From Thermoplasmata archaeon (lineage in GTDB: Archaea; Thermoplasmatota; Thermoplasmata; Thermoplasmatales; GCA-001856825), in assembly GCA_021792255.1 (NCBI GenBank), contig JAJYUZ010000001.1, forward strand, positions 224,001 to 288,000: a DNA stretch of 64,000 nt, read 5' to 3'. The position numbers and the translations under genes are program-made. Each line of letters begins with the position of its first letter. The first letter of the stretch is position 1. Positions 59,488-64,000 of the stretch are shown in pieces. The notes under the pieces are model-generated. The model worked only from the letters and a program-made list of their open reading frames with translations. It searched no databases and had not been told where the DNA came from.

Positions 59488-62400
59488 TCATTTATTACCC
59501 TTAACCTTCTTAATCTTGAGGGGACTTCCCTCCCTCTTGAACAGACTCTTTCTACTGACCATAATATAGAAGACCAGGACAGCCACGATCACGGCAATTG
59601 CTGCTATTATAATCGATATCAGAAGATAGTTAGGCAGCGGAGTCACCTTCAAACTGGTTGTAACAGCATCCCCGACGACAGTGATGCTCCCCCTGACTGG
59701 AGTTCCCTGATAGCCCTGTGGGAGTGTGACTACATAAGAATACGAACCATTGGTCACGTAAAAGGTAATGGAATCTGTGGTGGAGTTTATAGTCTGAACA
59801 TTCTCCTGTCCACTTTGAGTGATCGTAGTCACAGTAACGGACCACGTTGCACCGGCTGCTAGACCGGTTTCGATTACCGTCACGGGATAAGTCACCGCAG
59901 TCCACGTTATCGTATTCTTGAAATTACTTCCGTTCACTACCACAGTTATCTGATAATCCTGTGTTTTGTATCCCGCCAATCCACCTATAGTGAAATTATA
60001 GGTACCGTTGACCTCGTTGAAAAAGATCGAGCCAGTAGAAGATCTAGTTACATTACCACTCGTGCTGACGAGCGTAACGTTCCATTTCATTCCAGAAGGC
60101 AGACCAGTTTCGGGGAACGATATGTTGTAGAGAAATGGCGAAAATGTGATCCGTTCAAAGGTAGGGGCTCCACTCACGGTGAACGTCCCACCATAGGAGA
60201 AGTATATCTTGTTCGAAGTCTCAATAATATAAGAATATGTTCCATTTGGTTGGACGAATTCCAAACTACCCCCAGTGGAATTGTAAGTCTGACCACTCGA
60301 TAGGTTGACAAACCACATCGTACCGAGGGGAAGTCCTGATTGACTGAAAGAAACGTTATAGCTCAGTAAAGAAAACTGAACGGAATCCGATGTCGGACTA
60401 CCAGCTACGGTAAATAATGATGAGAACACAACGGGTTTGTACTGTTTGTTGGCTGTGGCTAACGTGTAGGAAAATGTTCCATTGGACAGCGTAAAGGTAA
60501 TCACGCTGAAAGTTGAGGAATAAGACTGTCCGTTGGAAAGGTTCACAAACCATTCCGTTCCTGTTCTCAGCCCAGATTCAGAGAAGGTCACCCAGTAAAC
60601 GACCGGCAAGAAGACGAGAGATTGGGAGACCGTGCTACCGCTGACAGTGAACGAGAATGAGCTCACAGACTGCGATGACAACTTGTATGTCTTGTTTCCT
60701 GTCGAAATCGAATAAGAATATGTGCCGTTGGGTTCGAGGAAATTTATGTTATTAGAGACCGAGGAATACGTATTCCCGTTAGTGATGTTGACAAACCACT
60801 TCGTACCGAGGGGAAGACCAGTTTCGGAGAAAGTGACACCGTAGATAAGTTTGGTCAGAACTGTGACGCTGATTATGTTTGAGTGTACATACGCAGGGTC
60901 AGTGTTTATGTCCGTCACGTTAACATAGAACAGGTAGATGCCCGGCAGGGTAGCCGAAGAGGTAACAAACCTGTACGTCGAATTTACTGCACCGGCTACG
61001 ACCTGGAACGAAGTAGTGCCCGGCAATTGCACGTACCATTGATACGAGAACGCTCCAGATCCTCCACTTATTGAGACGTTAAGAAGGGACGAGTTTCCCC
61101 TGTCTATCACGGAAGACAACGGATTGGTCAGAGAAAGGGATCCAGACAGTTGACTGTTTACTACAAAGGTGACAGTGACTGATGCTGTTGCACCGTCTGC
61201 ATCGGTGGCAATAAATTCTACGGTATAGTTCCCCCTGGCGCTGAAAGTAATAGCGGTCCCTGAAATGGTATAATCACCAGCGGCAGAACCACCAGATGGA
61301 TACATGCCCACTAGCCAGGAATAGCGGTACGGAGGGGTTCCTCCGACAACGTTGCCATTTATGGATTGACCGACATCAGTCTGAATAGTTCCCGTGACTC
61401 CAAAGGAAGCCTTGGGGAGTGGATTTACGATTATGGTTAACGGAGAGGCTTTAGCAGACGAGTTGCCCTCAGTAACGTTAAACCAAATTTTGTAAAGGCC
61501 CGGAGTAGAGACGTTTAGGGAATAGGTGCTGGAATTTCCTACAATACCAGACACACCTCCTATCCCCCACGAGTACGAATATGAACCGGTACCTCCCAGC
61601 ACTGTTGCCTGGAAAACCTGGGCGTGGTTTACGTCTATTGCGGTTACGCCGGCAGACGGGTACGAGGAAATAGAGGCAGTCAGGCTGATGATTGCTGAGA
61701 CAGCTACATTGTAACTAGTCGATGTAGCGGAAGAATACGAATCACTAACCGCTACCTTGACGATGTAGTTGCCTGACTTGCTGAACGTCACTTGATTTCC
61801 CGAGGTGTTATAGTCTCCCGTCGCTGATCCCCCATTTGAAAGAGTCACTGTCCAGGAATAACTGAAAGGAGGAGTCCCATACCCTGATTCTACTGACGCG
61901 ACAACAGGGCTCCCGACACTCGTCGTTGCAGGGCTGATAGATATCGAAGACTGAGCAATATCGCCGTTTACCTTGACCTCCTGGTAAACGTCTCCCGTGT
62001 CTCCGACTATAGTATCCTTGACGTAGAGAAATACATAAAAAGTGCCCGACGTGCTTGAGGTAAAGGTATAGGATTGAGGAGAAGCCCCGGATGTGTACCC
62101 TGTATTGGGTGCGGAGGGTGTCGACGAATTCTGCAACACCCATTGATATTCATAGGAACCACTACCTCCACCAAAACTCCCAGTGATGGATTGGCTCTGT
62201 CCTGCGTCGATGGTCGGAACCGACGACGGAGAGGTGATCCTCACTATTACTAGACTGCTGGAATATATTTTGACCGTAGTATTGTTGTACGCAACCCTGC
62301 CGTCCGAGTCCCTAAGTTTTAGGCTCAACGTGTAATTCCCGGATTGACTCAATCCGATCTGGTGACCGTAATATGTCACAGGAGAGGAAGATCCATTTTC

Positions 62401-63999
62401 TGGCGCGACAGTCCATGTGTAGTTGAAAGGAGCAGTACCATAGCCGGGTTTTACGGTAGCATTTATCAGTCCATCAATTACGGTAGAAGTTGGAGATATT
62501 ACTATGGAGGATGTTGTGGGTAGTCTGTTAACGGTGACGAGAAGAAGAGTCGAGTTACTCGCGGGGGAATAAGCGCTATCGGTAATCACGAGATAGTATG
62601 TGTAATTGCCTGGGACCGTCGGAGTCTGTAGCAAAGATAGAGTACTGTTGTTAAACCGTCCTGATGCATTTGTTCCGCTTATCTTATCGCCACTCGAAGT
62701 TCCGTTCCTGTACCACTGATACGAGTAGGATGGAGTCCCTCCCTTTATCTTCAGAGTCGAGCTCAGACTAGTGGAGTTTCCTACGTCAAGGGAGGATGCA
62801 GTTGCCTGGATGGTGAAGTTGACAACGAGAGGCGAACTCACGTCTATACCCACAGTCTCAGTGGATGTAGCCCCGTACTTGTCTTCCACCTTTATGAAGA
62901 CAAAGTAATTCCCTGTCCCCGTAAATGTCAGGACGTTGTCAACGTAATTGGAATTGCTGCTTCCCAGAGTATAATCCTTCGCAGGCGTATTGTTGCTTGA
63001 GTAATTAACTATCCAAGAGAACGTAAAAGGGGGGGTTCCTGTACCGGACTGAACAGTGACAACCCATGGAGTACCTTGATCCAGGGTTATTGTTGGGTCA
63101 CTGCTTCCACCAAATGTTTTTTTTTGCTCTTGTATGAGGGGTTGCAACCCCGAACCGTACTGGGAAGAATTTGTCGCGGACTGCACACCGCTCGAACTGC
63201 CCGGTTGGAGGACGATGATCGGGGATGGATTGACCGTTATTAGAGCGGATGATGAAGCCACGACTCCCACCGAATCGACCACGGTCAGCGTGATCGTGAA
63301 ATTACCAGTATCGGCGAAGGTGAAGGTGTTGCCTGCCTGCGTAATGCCCTGTCCAGAAGGATAGGACCAGATGTAAGTGTATGGCTGGGTCCCGTTCACG
63401 GTTGTGTTCGTGAAGGTCACACTGTTACCGGTGTCGATGGTGGTCGAGGAAGGCGAGATACTGACAGTGGGTAGTGCGTTGACTGTCACGGTTATTGAAT
63501 TCGTTGACGTGACCGTATCTCCCAGCGAATCGGTAACTACTGAGCTGACGTCATACTGTCCTGCAAGAGAGAAGGTGATAGTGTTCCCGCTAATGGAATA
63601 TGCTCCGAACTTGATCCCTCCACCGAGAGAAGACACAGAATAGCCTACTGTGTAGGTACCAGTCCCACCGGACACCGAGTTCGAAAAAGTGACAGTCTGT
63701 CCATTGTCCACCGTGGTGGGTGTCACAGCAGATATGGTGATCGAGAGCGGGGCATTGACCGTAATGATAGCGGAAATAGACGCGCTAAGTCCGTCTTCGT
63801 CCACTACTTTGACCGTCACAGAATAGGCCCCTCCCGTATTGAAAGTTATCTGATTGCCTGAAGACGTATAATCCCCAGAAGCGGAGCCTCCTCCCGACAG
63901 CGTAACGGTCCATAAATATACGAAGGGGAGAGTCCCATAACCAGACTGAACGGAGACCGAGACGGGACTGCCTATGTCCGGGTTGGTGGGCGAAATGGA
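59488..63999 (-). CDS. very large surface protein (5' end beyond window): at least 11 PKD/Ig-like modules, 5 ETGLP-type repeats, C-terminal TM
   Basis: Frame stays open to the window edge (SISPTNPDIGSPVSVSVQSGYGTLPFVYLW...); repeated GGT..Y.Y.W modules; Ser/Thr-rich. Confidence 0.88.
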   Translation of the reverse strand, partial: SISPTNPDIGSPVSVSVQSGYGTLPFVYLWTVTLSGGGSASGDYTSSGNQITFNTGGAYSVTVKVVDEDGLSASISAIITVNAPLSITISAVTPTTVDNGQTVTFSNSVSGGTGTYTVGYSVSSLGGGIKFGAYSISGNTITFSLAGQYDVSSVVTDSLGDTVTSTNSITVTVNALPTVSISPSSTTIDTGNSVTFTNTTVNGTQPYTYIWSYPSGQGITQAGNTFTFADTGNFTITLTVVDSVGVVASSSALITVNPSPIIVLQPGSSSGVQSATNSSQYGSGLQPLIQEQKKTFGGSSDPTITLDQGTPWVVTVQSGTGTPPFTFSWIVNYSSNNTPAKDYTLGSSNSNYVDNVLTFTGTGNYFVFIKVEDKYGATSTETVGIDVSSPLVVNFTIQATASSLDVGNSTSLSSTLKIKGGTPSYSYQWYRNGTSSGDKISGTNASGRFNNSTLSLLQTPTVPGNYTYYLVITDSAYSPASNSTLLLVTVNRLPTTSSIVISPTSTVIDGLINATVKPGYGTAPFNYTWTVAPENGSSSPVTYYGHQIGLSQSGNYTLSLKLRDSDGRVAYNNTTVKIYSSSLVIVRITSPSSVPTIDAGQSQSITGSFGGGSGSYEYQWVLQNSSTPSAPNTGYTSGASPQSYTFTSSTSGTFYVFLYVKDTIVGDTGDVYQEVKVNGDIAQSSISISPATTSVGSPVVASVESGYGTPPFSYSWTVTLSNGGSATGDYNTSGNQVTFSKSGNYIVKVAVSDSYSSATSTSYNVAVSAIISLTASISSYPSAGVTAIDVNHAQVFQATVLGGTGSYSYSWGIGGVSGIVGNSSTYSLNVSTPGLYKIWFNVTEGNSSAKASPLTIIVNPLPKASFGVTGTIQTDVGQSINGNVVGGTPPYRYSWLVGMYPSGGSAAGDYTISGTAITFSARGNYTVEFIATDADGATASVTVTFVVNSQLSGSLSLTNPLSSVIDRGNSSLLNVSISGGSGAFSYQWYVQLPGTTSFQVVAGAVNSTYRFVTSSATLPGIYLFYVNVTDINTDPAYVHSNIISVTVLTKLIYGVTFSETGLPLGTKWFVNITNGNTYSSVSNNINFLEPNGTYSYSISTGNKTYKLSSQSVSSFSFTVSGSTVSQSLVFLPVVYWVTFSESGLRTGTEWFVNLSNGQSYSSTFSVITFTLSNGTFSYTLATANKQYKPVVFSSLFTVAGSPTSDSVQFSLLSYNVSFSQSGLPLGTMWFVNLSSGQTYNSTGGSLEFVQPNGTYSYIIETSNKIYFSYGGTFTVSGAPTFERITFSPFLYNISFPETGLPSGMKWNVTLVSTSGNVTRSSTGSIFFNEVNGTYNFTIGGLAGYKTQDYQITVVVNGSNFKNTITWTAVTYPVTVIETGLAAGATWSVTVTTITQSGQENVQTINSTTDSITFYVTNGSYSYVVTLPQGYQGTPVRGSITVVGDAVTTSLKVTPLPNYLLISIIIAAIAVIVAVLVFYIMVSRKSLFKREGSPLKIKKVKGNK
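60304..60816. repeat. 30-bp direct repeat (1 mismatch) inside surface-protein modules
   Basis: GTTGACAAACCAC(A/T)TCGTACCGAGGGGAAG at 60304-60333 and 60787-60816, 483 bp apart and in frame. Confidence 0.8.
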
Positions 64000-64000
64000 G

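Noticed and set aside
59880-60860. Regularly spaced repeats considered as a possible CRISPR array
   Set aside because: They are in-frame protein module repeats hundreds of bp apart; no constant repeat-spacer structure and no cas genes

Overview
A 64-kb, mostly core-genome window from an archaeon. Gene content and protein style suggest Thermoplasmata/Thermoplasmatales-like (inference from archaeal ribosomal proteins, PriS, Alba, ArcTGT, a TRASH-type cop cluster and thermopsin-type surface repeats). Housekeeping blocks: pyrK, rtcB, a WtpABC-type Mo/W transporter with moeA-moeA/PBP-moaB-moaC, purSLQ, priS-rps17e, tgtA-alba, sua5, aIF2beta-PIN-riboflavin kinase, pyrBI, and ftsZ1-secE-spt5-rpl11-rpl1-rpl10-rpl12. 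Accessory material: one 1288-bp insertion sequence (17-bp TIRs, 9-bp target duplication, transposase broken by two stops), two AlkP-superfamily loci (one with APS kinase, one with glycosyltransferases), a copT-copM-copA cluster, an orphan bacterial-type GTP cyclohydrolase II, a KaiC-like ATPase and two large repeat-rich surface proteins, the last running off the window end. No tRNA, rRNA or CRISPR array was recognised. Main leads: (1) an unusual division set-up with a tandem-RHH regulator, a TTTGTCAT box array, an FtsZ paralogue reduced to its GTP-binding domain, and a tail-less FtsZ1; (2) a Pho84/PHT1-like MFS transporter fused to a DUF47/PhoU-like domain; (3) an RHH protein carrying the RLRxLGY tail that both AlkP enzymes lack; (4) an REase-fold/KaiC fusion sharing a C-terminal S-phi-F-x-R motif with the tails of two neighbouring surface proteins. 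All assignments come from reading motifs by eye; no database searches were run.
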